Assembly: GCA_045537705.1 (NCBI GenBank)
Contig: JAZSPY010000036.1
Span: 1-58,927 of the forward strand
DNA length: 58,927 bases
Source: Clostridia bacterium
GTDB lineage: Bacteria; Bacillota; Clostridia; Christensenellales; QALW01
Direction: 5' to 3'
In this document: positions 58,812 through 58,927 of the stretch, in pieces
Numbering within the stretch: the stretch's first letter is position 1
How the letters are laid out: every line of letters starts with the position of its first letter
Notes under the pieces: generated by a model
Databases searched by the model: none
Seen by the model: only the letters and a program-made list of their open reading frames with translations
Told to the model about the DNA's origin: nothing
Position numbers and translations under genes: made by a program

Positions 58812-58927
58812 AAACAGTTTTAATTACAGGTGCAACCGGCGGTATTGGTCAGGCGCTAGCAAAGGTTTTTTCTAAAAATGGATATAATGTTGTTATGAAC
58901 TATAATCAAAACGAAGAAAAAGCAAAA
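58808..58927 (+). CDS. Short-chain dehydrogenase/reductase, 3'-truncated by the window edge
   Basis: The ATG overlaps the tcdA stop codon (ATGA). MKTVLITGATGGIGQALAK contains the SDR TGxxxGxG motif. Confidence 0.75.
   Translation, partial: MKTVLITGATGGIGQALAKVFSKNGYNVVMNYNQNEEKAK

Overview
This is a low-GC Firmicutes (Clostridia-like) chromosomal window, about 80% coding and mostly on the + strand. It covers the dnaA / rpmH-rnpA-yidD-yidC-jag locus. It also holds gyrB-gyrA, glgB-glgC-glgD, serS, glnS, deoC-deoD, mgtE, glmM, pepF, dut, recD2 and tcdA. A glycan-utilisation and surface-protein block sits at the left edge, with two tandem GH140-like enzymes, a priming sugar transferase and msmX. 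There is one tRNA, tRNA-Ala(CGC). I found no rRNA, CRISPR array, prophage, transposase, toxin-antitoxin pair or recognisable defence system, and most of the window is ordinary housekeeping DNA. The parts I cannot explain are mostly non-coding. (1) An 852-bp gene-free gap between deoD and mgtE has a perfect consensus promoter and an intrinsic terminator on the minus strand. These bracket about 435 nt that contain three copies of a diverged module, which I read as a candidate unclassified ncRNA. (2) A 9-unit, 20-bp tandem array sits between tRNA-Ala(CGC) and the promoter of the Ala-tRNA editing gene alaX. (3) A MITE-like nested palindromic element with a duplicated terminator module lies between glgD and serS. 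(4) The mgtE leader has a small upstream ORF and a terminator but no M-box that I can recognise. (5) A 71-aa, 12-cysteine protein is built from tandem CSNN repeats. The dnaA locus is also atypical: there is no dnaN, a GT-C-like membrane protein follows dnaA, DnaA boxes are few, and gene-strand bias does not switch there. All calls come from reading the sequence and ORF track by eye. No searches were run, so family assignments are motif-level recognitions.
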